From Octopus vulgaris (Eukaryota): a DNA stretch of 64,000 bases. The notes under the pieces are model-generated. The model had not been told where the DNA came from. It made no database searches and worked only from the letters and a program-made list of their open reading frames with translations. Of the stretch, positions 40,225 through 55,447 are shown piece after piece (position 1 is the stretch's first letter; each line of letters begins with the position of its first letter). Both the position numbers and the translations under genes were made by a program. The DNA is taken from NCBI GenBank assembly GCA_951406725.2, contig OX597834.1:24924001-24988000 (forward strand). Direction: 5' to 3'.

Positions 40225-40500
40225 ATTCTGTTGTGTCTGGGGAGAGTCATTTTCTGTTTGTGCCTTATAATGTAACACACTCACCGGTAAAATTTCAAGT
40301 TTTCGTTGCGTCTTGTAACCTTTATAATAGTCTTGACTATTGAAAAGGTTGCAAGACGCAACGAAAAATTTAGGAAAATAAACATAAGAAAAAAGTGGAA
40401 ATTTTACTGGTGAGTGTATTACATTAAAAGGCACAAAAATAAAATGACTCTCTCCAGACATAACAGAATATGCTTCAACACACGAAATCATATAAAGAAT
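40225..40500. mobile_element. Fold-back insertion: nested inverted arms with 2-nt loop plus ~30-nt tail
   Basis: Outer arms ~40225-40290 / 40398-40469, inner arms ~40298-40333 / 40336-40368, centre aatagtc-tt-gactatt. Confidence 0.85.
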
Positions 40501-40597
40501 CTAGTACTTAATTTATCGACCCCGAAACGATGAAAGGCAAAGTCGAGCTTGGCGGAATTTGTACTCAGAACGTAAAACGTTTCTAACAGCTCACCTC

Positions 40598-40651
<54 letters not shown>

Positions 40652-40786
40652 GCTGAAGTCGTTTGTAGCTGTAACAACAAAAATAATAATGTCAGCAATA
40701 TTTTTTTCAAGCAAAAATAAAATCTTCAAATTTCCATTTTCATTTGTTTTATTCTAAACATTGAAATATTTCATTATATTGTTTCA

Positions 40787-40837
<51 letters not shown>

Positions 40838-41059
40838 CCACACACAAGTACACACACACAAACACGCATAAACTCAGACATACTTCTTTATTACAGAGAT
40901 ACATACACACACAAATAAACATTCGTTTGAGTCAAAGAGTTACAATTACACACAGATGTTTATGCTTTAGCGATTTAAATTTTATTTTCTTTAAAAAAAG
41001 GTATTTCCTACAAAACATCGCTAGCGTACGCATGCACCCACACCTATTTGACGTATGTA

Positions 41060-41090
<31 letters not shown>

Positions 41091-41107
41091 GTGTGTGTGT
41101 GTGTGTG

Positions 41108-41141
<34 letters not shown>

Positions 41142-41245
41142 CATATAGTTAATCCAAACATGAAAACACAAAGAGAAAACACAACGCGAGGACGTGGAAC
41201 AAGTATAGTGTTATTGGACGCTCAGGAAAGAATGAAAGAAGGAGG

Positions 41246-41280
41246 ATTTAACGTTTCGAGCGGAGCTCTTCGTCAGTAAC
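41246..41280 (-). ncRNA. Minimal hammerhead motif with extra A after A9, in a TA-flanked island (41148-41360)
   Basis: Minus: GTTA-CTGACGA-A-GAGC-tcc-GCTC-GAAA-CG-TT-AAAT; palindromic AACGTT stem III; stem I decayed. Confidence 0.65.
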
Positions 41281-41696
41281 ATAGGAAAAGGAAAGATCCA
41301 AAGAAGGGAAGACGGAGGAAAAAAAATCACCAACGGTACACACGCGGTCACATTTTGAATATATATATATATGTGTAAATTCAAATACTTATACATATAT
41401 ATACACGTGTGTATAAGTATGTGTGTGTGTGTGAGTGTGTGTGTATGTGTGTATTAGGGTTGTTCATGAGTTGCACGAGGTGAGCTACCCTTTTAACTCA
41501 GAGTATCGCCAAGATCCACTGATGGGAAATATCATTATCAGAATTCGAAATCACTTAATATGGATATATCTGTTTACTTCATTTTGTGAATTTATCTCAC
41601 CATAGAAAGGTGATTTTGCTCACTCCCTCACTTGTCGTCACTTTTATGAGGTTAGCGCATTATGTAGCTATCGAGTCGCTTTTGACTTATTTCATA

Positions 41697-42096
41697 CTAG
41701 CAGCATCGCCCGGCGTTGCTCGGGTTTGTAATGGAAATAACTATATAAGTATTTTTAGAGAGTTATAGCCAAAAAATAGCAAAAAAAAATGCATTAAAAA
41801 TGGAAAAAAAATTATGGTAAATTTTTTTTAAATCGTTGACTCATCGTAGACATTTTTAGAGAGTTACTTCTCTTATATAATAGCGAAAAAAATGCATTAA
41901 AATGGAAAAAAATTATGGTAAATTATTTTTAAAATCATAGACTCATCGTAGACGCGCACTAATACCCAGAAGGGCTCAATATGAATCACAACTATAAGAT
42001 ACCCGGTTTTGGTTAAACTGCACCGCAAAATGTGGGAGTAGTTAGGAATCTAAATCGTAGGAGACAGACACACAACTTGACTTTTATATATAAAGA
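41697..42096 (-). mobile_element. Non-autonomous Helitron
   Basis: Minus strand starts A|TCtttatatataaaag and ends with hairpin cccgagcaacgccggg then ...CTAG|T; internal ~100-bp direct repeat (41752-41851, 41854-41953). Confidence 0.88.
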
Positions 42097-42406
42097 TTTC
42101 ATTCGTCTATTCCTCCTTGTCCACCGTCCTAAATCACACTTTGTTTTGTTTGCTCTCGGCCCTGAATACTCCGCCAATATGCGAAGCGCTTAGTCTTATT
42201 ATTAATGGTGTGAAACTGATTATTACCAATTAGTTGATAACTGGTGAAGAATTAGGGACCTTTAATCTTTTATAACACTATACGAATACAAACTGTATAT
42301 GAATAGTAACTTAAAGATGGTGTAAGGTGCAGAAACAAATGTTGCGATTTGCTATTAAATCCTGGTATCGTCCATCCTCGTGTTATATTATTCTTATATA
42401 TGTATG

Positions 42407-42446
<40 letters not shown>

Positions 42447-42459
42447 AATACATACGTCC

Positions 42460-42490
<31 letters not shown>

Positions 42491-42573
42491 GAGAGAAAGA
42501 GAAGTATAAATATATATATATAAAATGAAGAATGTTATCAAAAAAATGCATGCCAAGCTACAACACAAGTATT

Positions 42574-42674
<101 letters not shown>

Positions 42675-42976
42675 CATAAGTATAAAATGTATATAAATAT
42701 AATATATTTGTATATATATATAATACACACACACAGCTATATATGCTTATATGTATATGTGTGTATGCACCTGTGTATTCTGTGTGTGTCAAAATTCGCA
42801 GATAACAAGCCAAGATAATTAGAAGCAGACAGTTAATTAGAAGTTTCTTTTATTTTTTATATAATTCCATTATTTATTCGCACGTCTGAGCATAATACTT
42901 TGTGATCAATAAATATATATTAGGCTCTCTTTGTTTATATCTATCTGTCTATCTATCCGTTTATCTGTCTACCTGC

Positions 42977-43007
<31 letters not shown>

Positions 43008-43147
43008 CGCGTGTGTATGTGTGTGCTTGAGAGTATGTGTTTGTGTGCGTACATATATATTTGAGTCTCTATGAGAGTATTTCAACTCCATTATACCAGA
43101 GACATCGACCAACACTTCACACGCTCAAACACACACGCGTATGTATA

Positions 43148-43634
<487 letters not shown>

Positions 43635-43894
43635 GGTGTCAGTGTCTGCCAAATTTTCCAAAATCTTCAGTTCTACGTAAACAATTACGTAATGAATGTC
43701 GTCTCATTTTCTTCTTGGAATACATTTTATAATTCTTTTTTCATTTTTCATTTGTATTTTTATTGTATTGTTTTTGTTATCATGGAATCCGGGTGCGTAT
43801 GACAACATTCTCACTCTAGTAAATAAATAAATAAAAATAATCCCTAAATTCTCAATAAAAATGAGGCTTGGTCTTTATGTATTTCATGTATTTC

Positions 43895-43951
<57 letters not shown>

Positions 43952-44302
43952 GAAACAAAAATATATTAAAAAAAGGCATCATTTTGCTAATTAAATCCAA
44001 GGCTATTCTGGGTAATTATCTACAGTTTATGAAATTCTTATAGAACAAATACAAGCCAGGTACTATATTGTAGATGGTAATTAATGTGTGTGTATTATCT
44101 TTTATCTTTTATTTTTTTCAGTCTTTAGAGTACAACCATGCTGGGGAATTGGCTTTTTGTCGAATGAATCGAACGTAGGATCTTTCTATTTAAATCTTGG
44201 TACTTATTCTAACTACCCTTTTGCCGAACTGCGAAGTAACGGGAACGTAAGAACACTATCGCCGGTTGTCAAGGGAGGTTGGAAGACAAATACTGACACA
44301 AA

Positions 44303-44345
<43 letters not shown>

Positions 44346-44502
44346 GCACGCACGCACGCAGGCAGGCAGGCAGGCAGTTAGGCAGACAGGCAGACAGGCA
44401 GACAGACATATAGACAGACAGACAGACAGACAGACAGATAGATATATAGATAGATAGATAAATGGATGCGTGGCGTTCAATCATATAATAATATAAATAA
44501 TA

Positions 44503-45200
44503 TATAAATATATGCATATATACATACATATATGTACATACCTACATATATATGTATATATACATGCATATATGGGTACAGGACATCAAAAACACGTCAA
44601 CAGAATGAGAAACGAGAACATAAAAAAACAAAAACATAGAAAACGATTTTTTCTTCCAACAACGGAAGAAACAAATAAAGAAACGAGACAGGCAACATAA
44701 AGAGCAATCCCTTCATCAGTTGTCCCCTGTTTTATCTACTCCGCGTTACGAAGGTAGGGACAAGACGCGACTTCGTTAAAGCAGTCCTTCCCGCAAAGCA
44801 AATTAGATAAAATTTGGGATTTTGTGCGGAGGGTTAGAGTGATAACAAAAACAGGTTAGTAAGAACAAAACAGTAAAAACAAACGGTGAGGGCTGTTAAG
44901 CCAAGACGATGTGAAGTGGTGAACGGTGGAAAAACCAGCTTTGAGAAGAGACGATGGATTTTCTTGTCATAAACGACAAATAAAAGTTCAGTAAACTACA
45001 GACAGCGTTAATAATTTTCTATGGACACGAATGTGTCTCTTGAAGTCTGCTGGTGCCTTGTAAACCTTTTGGCAAATGGAACAAGTTGAGGAATCGTGCA
45101 GGTAAGGTTTTCATTTAGAGGAGCAGCGTTTTGCCAGCGAGCCTTTATGCTCGCAAGAAGTTGGTTCCGATATTGAAATCGACTTTGCTCAAATCGTATA
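44503..45200. mobile_element. Unclassified TA-associated repeat, possible PLE terminal region
   Basis: Start (…gcatatatgggtacagg.catcaaaaa.acgt) shared with 21870-21965; cccttcatcagttgtc..tgttt..ctactcc..cga related to 30958-31000. Confidence 0.5.
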
Positions 45201-45218
45201 TGCACGTATGTCTGTTTT

Positions 45219-45271
<53 letters not shown>

Positions 45272-45358
45272 AAAGTTTACGAAAAAAACAAAAGACGAAG
45301 ATATGTGGTGTACAAAACAAACAGATGTATTAGTATAACGCTCAGGAATAGAAAAGGT

Positions 45359-45394
45359 CTTTTACGTTTCGAGCCTACGCTCTTCTACAGAAAG
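45359..45394 (-). ncRNA. Minimal hammerhead motif with variant core (CUGUAGA), in a TA-flanked island (45268-45464)
   Basis: Minus: CTTT-CTGTAGA-A-GAGC-gtag-GCTC-GAAA-CG-TA-AAAG; stems I and II perfect; A6 is changed to U. Confidence 0.65.
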
Positions 45395-45459
45395 GGACAC
45401 AGAAAAAACAAGGAGAGAAACAAGAAGAGAAAAAAAATGTGTGTAGTGGCTAACGACGT

Positions 45460-45509
<50 letters not shown>

Positions 45510-45522
45510 ATATGTATATATG

Positions 45523-45571
<49 letters not shown>

Positions 45572-46188
45572 GTACACACACATGTGTGTGTGTGAGTTCG
45601 GATGTACGTCTGAATATGTATGCATGTATGTACGTTTCTTATGCGTCTAGGGCGTACATTGATGCATTTGTGTGTGTGTACGTGTGGGTGTGTGTGTGTA
45701 TTGTATGTGTATACGTTCATGCATAATGTATACGTCCGTATGAGTGAGTTTATGTACTTGGTTGTGTATCCGTCTTCATTTGCATGTTTACACAGACGTC
45801 ACTGTGCGTATTCAATACGCTGTATGAGTGTTTGTTTTAGTTTTTATGTGTGCCTGTATGTGAGTGTGTGTTTGTGTGTGTATACTTGTGCGTTAGCATC
45901 TGTTTATGTGTATGTATTTATGTACATTTGTGTATACGTTAAGAAGCTGTTATTGTTTATACATATCTCTGTCACTTCTCTTTCTTTTTTGATAATTCAT
46001 TTCGGCTTTATTATATTTTTAAAATATTTTTACTAATTTTCATGATTGTTGATAATAAAAAAAATACTTTTACAAAAAAAAATGCAACAGGAATAAAATA
46101 AGACTGATGTTTATAATAAAAATATGAGTTTCCACTTGGAATAATGATTCTACGTCCAACTGGAAGTAAATGGTAAGATACTTACGTA

Positions 46189-46282
<94 letters not shown>

Positions 46283-46305
46283 CACACACGTGCGTGGGGG
46301 TATAT

Positions 46306-46423
<118 letters not shown>

Positions 46424-46662
46424 ACACACATATAATCAAGCTGAAATATATTTCATTCGTTTATCAAAACACTCGGGTCGCATATTTCTACAAATGTTAA
46501 CAATGTTGATAGCTACAATAAAAATAATAATAATAATAATAATGGTAATAATAATAACAACAACAACAATAGCAACAACAACAACAACAATAATAATAAT
46601 AATAATAATAATAGTAATAATAATGATAATAATAATAATAATAATAATAATATTAATAATAA

Positions 46663-47050
46663 TCCTTTCTACTGGAAGGACAGGGCCACAAGTTTGGGAA
46701 AAGCGGTTAAGTCGATTACATCGACTCCAGAGCGTAACTGGTACTTATTTAATCGACCTCAAAAGGATGAAAAGTAAAGTCGACGTCAGCGAAATTTGAA
46801 CTCAGAACATAGCGACGGACGAAATACGTATTTCTTTACTACCCACTTGGGGATAAACACAGAGAGGCCAAACAAGGACAGACAAACGGATTAAGTCGAT
46901 TATATCGACCCCAGTGCGTAACTGGTACTTATTTAATCGACCCCGAAAGGATGAAAGGCAAAGTCGACCTCGGCGGAATTTGAACTCAGAATGTAGCTGC
47001 AGACGAAATACCGCTAAGCACTTCGTCCGGCGTGCTAACGATTTTGCCAG
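46663..47050 (-). mobile_element. SINE family C dimer
   Basis: Internal junction gacgaaatac-gtatttctttactacccac, essentially the same as in the 22.8-kb array. Confidence 0.92.
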
Positions 47051-47170
47051 AGGGGGAGTGAGTAGTATGAGTGCGTGTATATAGCTGTGCACGTGTATAC
47101 CCATGTATACACACATGTGTATGTGTACACGTGCGTACACACATACACGGCCATACATTCACATATAGTA

Positions 47171-47543
47171 GGAGCACTCCGTCGGTTACGACGATGAGGG
47201 TCCTAGCTGATACGATGAACGGAACAGCCTGCTCGTGGAATTAACGTGCAAGTGGCTGAGCACTCCACAGACACGTGTACCCTTAACGTAGTTCTCGAGG
47301 AGATTCAGCGTGACACAGAGAGTGACAAGGCTGGTCCTTTGAAATACAGGTACAACAGAAACAGGAAGAAAGAGTGAGAGAAAGTTGTGGTGAAAGAGTA
47401 CAGCAGGGTTCACCCCTGCAGGAGCCTCGTGGAGCTTTCGGTGTTTTCGCTCAATAAACACTCACAATGCCCAGTCTGAGAAGCGAAACCTCGATCCTAC
47501 GACCGCGAGTCCGCTGCCCTAACCACTGGGCCATTGCGCCTCC
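47171..47543 (-). mobile_element. SINE family A (tRNA-derived), full length, with probable TSD
   Basis: Reverse complement of 58326-58709; flanks acatt(c/g)acatat at 47155-47166 and 47546-47557. Confidence 0.93.
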
Positions 47544-47917
47544 ACACATTGACATATTCAGAGCAAATAAAAACCTGTATTGTGAGAGAATAACATCATA
47601 ACCGCATGTCTCACGACTTGTCAGAGCGACAGCAACAACGACAACAACAACACCAACAGAAAAACCAACGATGACAGCAATAGCAACAACAATTTCAGCC
47701 TACGTCTTCAATGATGACGATTACGATGACGCAAAAACATTAACCGTAAAAAGAGCAACATGTGATCACCAATCCAAACATGTCAAAACTATATCTCTCT
47801 CCATCTAACCACATTCTGCCAAATCTCTTGACCCACAGTTAAGCGAACGGCAGAAATTGGAATATATATGTATGAACTCATATGCCTCGACTCTCTCTCC
47901 CTCTCTCTCTCTCTCTC

Positions 47918-47951
<34 letters not shown>

Positions 47952-48006
47952 TGTGTGTGACTATGTATTATGGATGTATATGTGTGTATATGGATAGATA
48001 TGTGTG

Positions 48007-48040
<34 letters not shown>

Positions 48041-48538
48041 CTCATAATTATATATATATATACACATAATTATATATATATAAAAACACACATATATATA
48101 TATATATAAAATACACATATATACACATAATTATATATATATATATACACACATATATATATATATATATATACACAGACATATCTATATATATACACAC
48201 ACACATATATATATATATAATTATGAGAATATAAATATATATGTATATACATATAAATATGCGCATATATATACTGACATATGCATACATCATACATATA
48301 CACACACACACATACATTTATATTTATATGTCTGCACACACACGCGCGCTCACACACACATATACACTTATGCGTATGTATAAAATGAAATATATAATGC
48401 ATGAACTGTGTGTGTGTTTGACATTGTGTATATGTGTTTCTGTTTGTGTGTGTGTGTGTGTGTTGTTTATATGGGTGCCCTAAATTGTCTGCAGCGAATT
48501 AGGTGTGCATTGGAATGCATAAATGTGTGTATATATGC

Positions 48539-48570
<32 letters not shown>

Positions 48571-48906
48571 ATACATACATATATATATATGTATATATAT
48601 GTATGTGTGTATGGTTATGTTCTTTGTATATTTATACGTATATATAAGTATATATACACGAATGTATATGCGCGTAATATGTGTATATACACACATATCT
48701 GTATATCTATAAATTTAATATACATGTATATGCGTTTCTCAAGCCATCCTTCTATCCTTATATACACACACACGTCCATATGTACGTTCTTAAATATTTA
48801 TACGTCTATGTAAACGCTGATTTTCACATGTTAAGAATATGCATATTTTGTGAATAGATGCGTGTAAAATCTACAGATGGGGCCCTGTGCGTATTGTAGC
48901 GTATAT

Positions 48907-48984
<78 letters not shown>

Positions 48985-49182
48985 TATATATATACATACA
49001 CACACATATATATATATACATACACACATATATATATATACATACACACATATATATATATATACACACACATATATATACATACATACATATATACATA
49101 CATACATACATATATACATACATACACACATATATACATACATACATACATATATACATACATACATACATACATACATACA

Positions 49183-49216
<34 letters not shown>

Positions 49217-49337
49217 CATACATATATACATACATACATACATACATATATACATACATATATACATACATACATATATACATACATACATATATACATA
49301 CATACATATATACATACATATATATACATATATATAC

Positions 49338-49386
<49 letters not shown>

Positions 49387-50481
49387 CATACAGATACGTA
49401 AACACATGCACACATACAGACAGACAGACACTCATTTATATATATATATGTATATATGTATGTATATTAAGATGCATATATGTGTGTTTGTGCACGTGTT
49501 CAGAGTGAAGTGAAGTATGTGTACACAATAGTTTCGAAGTAATGTCGTCGTCTCATCACCCACTTTCTCCTCCCCCCCTCCTTTAATTATCACAGCCAAT
49601 ATATCGTCTATGGAGTGGAAATTGTGTTAACATACTGGAAAACATCACTGCTTATCTACCTCTACCTTCTCCGTCTCTGTGTTGCCTCCTCCATGTGTGT
49701 GTATATATATATATATACATAAATATATATATATATATATATACATACATACATATATATATATACATACATACATATATATATATATATACATACATAT
49801 ACATATACATACATATACATATACATACATATATATATATATATATACATACATACATATATATATATACATACATACATATATATATATATACATACAT
49901 ACATATATATATATACATACATACATATATACACATACATATATATATATACACATACATACATATATATACACATACATACATATATATATATATACAT
50001 ATATATATATACACATACATACATATATATATATATACATATATATATATACACACACACACACATATATATATACACACACACATATATATATATATAC
50101 ACACACACACACATATATATATATACACACACACACACATATATATATATACACACACACACATATATATACACACACATATATATATATACACACACAC
50201 ATATATATATATACACACACACACATATATATATATACACACATATATATATATATACACACACATATATATATATATACACACACACACATATATATAT
50301 ATACACACACACACATATATATACACACACACACATATATATATATATATACATATATATATATCTATCTATATATATATATATATATATATATGTACGT
50401 ATGTATGCATGTAGTCCCATGTTTCTCTTGCCTCTCCTACTCCTTATGTTCTTGTTTGTCTTGTACTGTTTCAATTGGCGG

Positions 50482-50521
<40 letters not shown>

Positions 50522-50887
50522 GGTAGGCATTTTCTCACCGACTGTCGATCACGATAACAATAATAACAACGACGAAAACAACAACAACAACACTTATAAA
50601 TTATGAAAATCACTAAATAACTAAAAGGAAAATGTTTTTAAAAAATGTCAGTTTTTGCATGTAAGTTTTAAAATTTTACTTTCATTTAAAAGCAGCACGT
50701 AACATTTAGTTCTTGAATAAACAAAAAGAAGTGTGTGTACATACACACACGCATATACACACGCACTCACACACACACACACACGACCGCACGCACGCAC
50801 ATGCCCATACAGGCACGCACACACGTACACGCATACACACACATATACGCATACACACACATATATATATATATAAACACGCGAATA

Positions 50888-50931
<44 letters not shown>

Positions 50932-51042
50932 AATATATAAATATTTAGCCTGTAAATGTCTACCTACTTAGTTGCGTTTGTGTGTTTATATATATATATA
51001 TATATATGTATATATTTACGCTTATAATTATGTATTAATATA

Positions 51043-52060
51043 TACAAGGTGCATTCCAGAAATTTGAAACTTTCTACAAGGAAGACATTTATTCATTTCA
51101 AACGAGTACAAAACTCTAATCTCCTTCAAAACAGGATCCTTTGATCTTAGTGCACTTATGTTAGTACTCCGGCCACTATGTGAATTTCCCGTACAAGTCC
51201 ACCAAGGTGAATGTGTCCAGGGACTCTTGTTACAGCCTCCTTCAGCTTGGGTAACAACCAAAAGTTACGAGGGACAAGGTTGGAATTGCAGGGAGGATGC
51301 GGGGCAGTTGTGATGGCCATCTCTGTCGCGTTGCTGGTTAGCAGGATGGAATAGTGGACTGGTGCATTGTCCTGGGGCAAGTGTTACCGACCCTGACTTC
51401 CCTCAAAGCCTCTGTAAAATACTTGTTTTTGACTGTCTGGCCAGGGAATCCAGCAGATATAGATGATGTCCTTGCTGTCGAAAAACGGGATCATCAGGAG
51501 CTTGCCTGTGGACTTGCTTTGCCTAGCCTTCTTGGGTTTCGGTAGCCAAGACGCTTCCATTGGCCACTTTGTCTTTTGGTCTCTGGATTATAACAGTAGA
51601 TTCAGCTTTCGTCGCAGGTCAGCAGGAGTTTGATCGACAGTGAGGAGCTCAGCCATCTCCGGGCTGTCACTAACGCGTCATTCCTTCGTGTCCGTCACTA
51701 GGCACCTTGGGAAGAAATTTGCATAAATTTTGCACGTTCTGATCTTCATAAATAATTCTGCGCACAATTACCAGACCAACTCCGAACTGTATTTTTACAA
51801 GCACACGATGGTCTTCATTCAGAAAATTTCGAATTTCCTCAACCATCTCTGATGTTCCAGCGTCCCTCTCCCTCCGACACATCTATAGCGTCTTTCCTAG
51901 TTTCACACAAACCTTTATTGCACAGAGAGCATCCAAATTGTCTTCACGTCTCGAATGCATTTTGCAAACTAGTCAGCTGTCACAGACAGCGTTTAGCAGG
52001 GTGTGTTCAAAGGTCTGCTGCAGCCGTGTCTTTCAATCTAGAATAACAAAAGTTAGCAGG
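51043..52060 (-). pseudogene. Decayed mariner transposase element
   Basis: QDNAPVHYSIL...PHPPCNSNLVPRNFWLLPKL (decayed HDNA / YSPDLAP motifs); VEEIRNFLNEDHRV..QFGVG..VRRIIYED..KFLPKV; TA-caaggtgcattc terminal at 51043. Right end uncertain. Confidence 0.85.
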
Positions 52061-52363
52061 TCAGTTTATTAAATGTATAGAAATTATATACTAAAAGATT
52101 ACAATAATCGAGTTTAGCTATAACTGCTTCCCCTGAAAATGTGTCAAAGCTTTCGGAATGCATCCAAGTGCCTACAAATATGTACATATGTGTGCGTGTT
52201 ATCTTCTCTTACGTATATGCATGTACAGATATATATATGCATGTATGCGTACATGTCTGTATGCATGTTTGAATCATTAAACACGAAATTTGTACACGAG
52301 AACGACAAAGCGACTATCATATCGGTATGTACGTATATGTGTATGAATGCATATATATATGTA

Positions 52364-52396
<33 letters not shown>

Positions 52397-52400
<4 letters not shown>

Positions 52401-52589
52401 TGAAGTATATTTGCCACTTAAATGTGGCTAACCCTTAAGGGTGGGTGCTACTGTAGCTTGTAGCCCCAGGTGGTCACCTCCTCCAGTTAGCTATTGACAC
52501 ACTTTCTGTGACCTCCTGGGCATACAAGTTACAGTAGCACCCACCCTTAAGGGTTAGCCACATTTAAGTGGCAAATATATTTCACAATG

Positions 52590-52592
<3 letters not shown>
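52397..52592 (+). mobile_element. Fold-back copy of the 22.5-kb hammerhead family (different variant)
   Basis: Arms ~52397-52463 and 52522-52589; between (TA)n and (GT)n. Confidence 0.88.
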
Positions 52593-52644
<52 letters not shown>

Positions 52645-52655
52645 TGTGTGTCTGT

Positions 52656-52696
<41 letters not shown>

Positions 52697-52919
52697 TGTG
52701 TGTGTGTAAAGCTTACCACTTACTGATTTGTCCTTAATTTCGTCAACCCTGAAAGCAGGTGACGGTGAAGGTTAACAATAAGTATTTGAAAACCTGACAT
52801 GCAAGAATTTCATGGTGTCCTATTATTAAGACTGTTACAGTTAGATCAGATTGCAGGCTCGTCGATTAAACAGAAGAGTGGCGTCAAGAAAAATATGCGT
52901 GTGCATGTGTGTGTTAGTG

Positions 52920-52982
<63 letters not shown>

Positions 52983-53616
52983 GTGTGGTATGTGCGTGTG
53001 TGGTTGCATGGCACACCTCTCGATAAATCTCAGCCAACTGTCTTCACACTTGTAGCTTCAGAAATAGCAACCGTATCCCTTTCAAATCAGATCCCGTTGT
53101 TTTCAGAAACTCCAGCCTTTAAGGAACATCCAGCTAACTGCAAAAATAGCAGCCAAATCTTTCTCAAACTACATCCAATTTTTTTTTCGCAAATAGCAAA
53201 TAAGTCGCACTTAGATCGCCAAGATTCTTGTTAGAAGTAGCAACCAAACAACACTCAAATCACATTTCCCTGTCTTAAAAAAAATTAACAGTCAAATCTC
53301 ATTGTAATCACGCTCTTCTGACTTCAGAAGTTCCTACCGTTTTTAACCCCAGGAGAGCGCCTCCTTCAGCTGGTTATCGATGCAATCTACACGCGATTGC
53401 ACACGCACACACACACACACACATACGTACACTACATTCTATCCCTCATTTTCTTTCGTTCCCTTCACCCCATTCAATTGTTCTGTGTTTTTTATATCAA
53501 CTCAATCTGATCGTTTACTTTTATACCGTACTTTACAACTGCATTATAGAAATTCGGCCATTTTCCCTTCCAGCTGGTGAAATATATTCCAGACTATCGA
53601 AATATTAGCCATATGT

Positions 53617-53672
<56 letters not shown>

Positions 53673-53687
53673 TATATATATCACACG

Positions 53688-53965
53688 TCACGTGACCGAC
53701 AAGACCATCAGATGTTACATATCGCTGGTCACAATGCGTTCGCATTGTTTTAGCCTTCGAATGACGCCACCCCGCTGGCTAAGCGAGCAGGCCAACAGAA
53801 GAAAGAGGGGGAGAAAGAGTGGTGAAAGAGTACAGCAGGGATCACCACCCCCTGCCGGAGCCTCGTGGAGCTTTCAGGTGTCTTCGCTCAATAAACACTC
53901 ATAACGCCCGGTCTGGGAATCGAAACCGCGAGTCCGCTGCCCTAACCACTAGGCCATTGCGCCCC

Positions 53966-53967
<2 letters not shown>
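53688..53967 (-). mobile_element. SINE subfamily A2 (A head, different 3' tail)
   Basis: 53815-53967 is the A head/body; 53688-53800 matches 21735-21848 and is unlike the tail of 58326-58709. Confidence 0.88.
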
Positions 53968-54053
<86 letters not shown>

Positions 54054-54084
54054 TATATATATATACACATATATATATATATAT

Positions 54085-54175
<91 letters not shown>

Positions 54176-54224
54176 ATGGTGTCTTTGTGTGTATGTTTGG
54201 GGTTACTCTAACTCCTCTCACACC

Positions 54225-54610
54225 GTCCAACCGACTTTAACGATTTAGGTTCATAGGTAGACCACATGCACTGAAGTTAAAAAAAGAAGGTTGGAACTTT
54301 TCGAAAACTCGATAATGTTCAGTTGGCATTGATTTTTGTGAGCTCAATCGGGCGTTTGAATGGAAGTTACCCATAACGATATCATTTTTCCTGCAGCTTT
54401 TGCATTCTTTGTCCGATTTTGATGAAAATTGATGAGCGAGCGAGGCGCACGCCAGCGAGTTGATGTCAGTATATGGCGTTCACAAAAATTCGATAATTGC
54501 GCCTGAACAATGGTTTTATAAAATCAATTTGCGTGCAAATACCCATAGGAATTATATTTTTGGCCGTAACTTTTTATATTTTTCATCCGATTTTAATGAA
54601 ATTTGAGATT
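54225..54610. repeat. Probable Helitron/Helentron-type internal repeat remnant
   Basis: Two ~180-bp related units (cgataat..., cccata..., tccgatttt(g/a)atgaaa.tt). Confidence 0.45.
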
Positions 54611-54793
54611 AGGTAAATTTTGTGGTAGGGGGAGACGGTAAAGGTTTTAATTGAATTCCAGAGCTGGCATCAACTAATGGACATGAACTGTAATCACGTG
54701 TAGAATTTCAAAGATTAGAGGTGGGCTTAACTTCAACACGGAAAACACGAGGAACGCCGAATCCAACAGCTAGTATGTGTGTGTGTGTGTGCG

Positions 54794-54825
<32 letters not shown>

Positions 54826-54901
54826 CATACATATGTGTGTGTGTATATATATATATATATGTAAGTATTATGTGTGTATATATATATATATATGTAAGTA
54901 T

Positions 54902-54932
<31 letters not shown>

Positions 54933-54942
54933 GTAAGTATTA

Positions 54943-54977
<35 letters not shown>

Positions 54978-54987
54978 GTAAGTATTA

Positions 54988-55057
<70 letters not shown>

Positions 55058-55372
55058 CACACACATACGCTTATATATTATATTTCAATCTTTTGTTTAT
55101 GATATATTTCTCTCTTCCGCTCTATTTCTTTCACTTAGATACTGTTGGCATACTATTAATTAATTTTTAATTATATATTGGGGACATGTTACTATATGGT
55201 TTGAAATGTGTGTGTGTGTGAGAGAGGGAATGTGTGGAGAGAGAAGAAGAGAGAAAAGGACAGACAGTCAGACGGAATTAGAAGAGAGAGATTTGTATAT
55301 AGTCGTATATGTACACTCGCGTATTAAGATGCATTATACATACACAGATTTGCATAAACATACATATGCGTG

Positions 55373-55437
<65 letters not shown>

Positions 55438-55447
55438 GTGTATAAAC

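Noticed and set aside
44709-44760. Possible type-II hammerhead on minus
   Set aside because: The GAAA box reads GTAA and stem II pairing would consume core bases.
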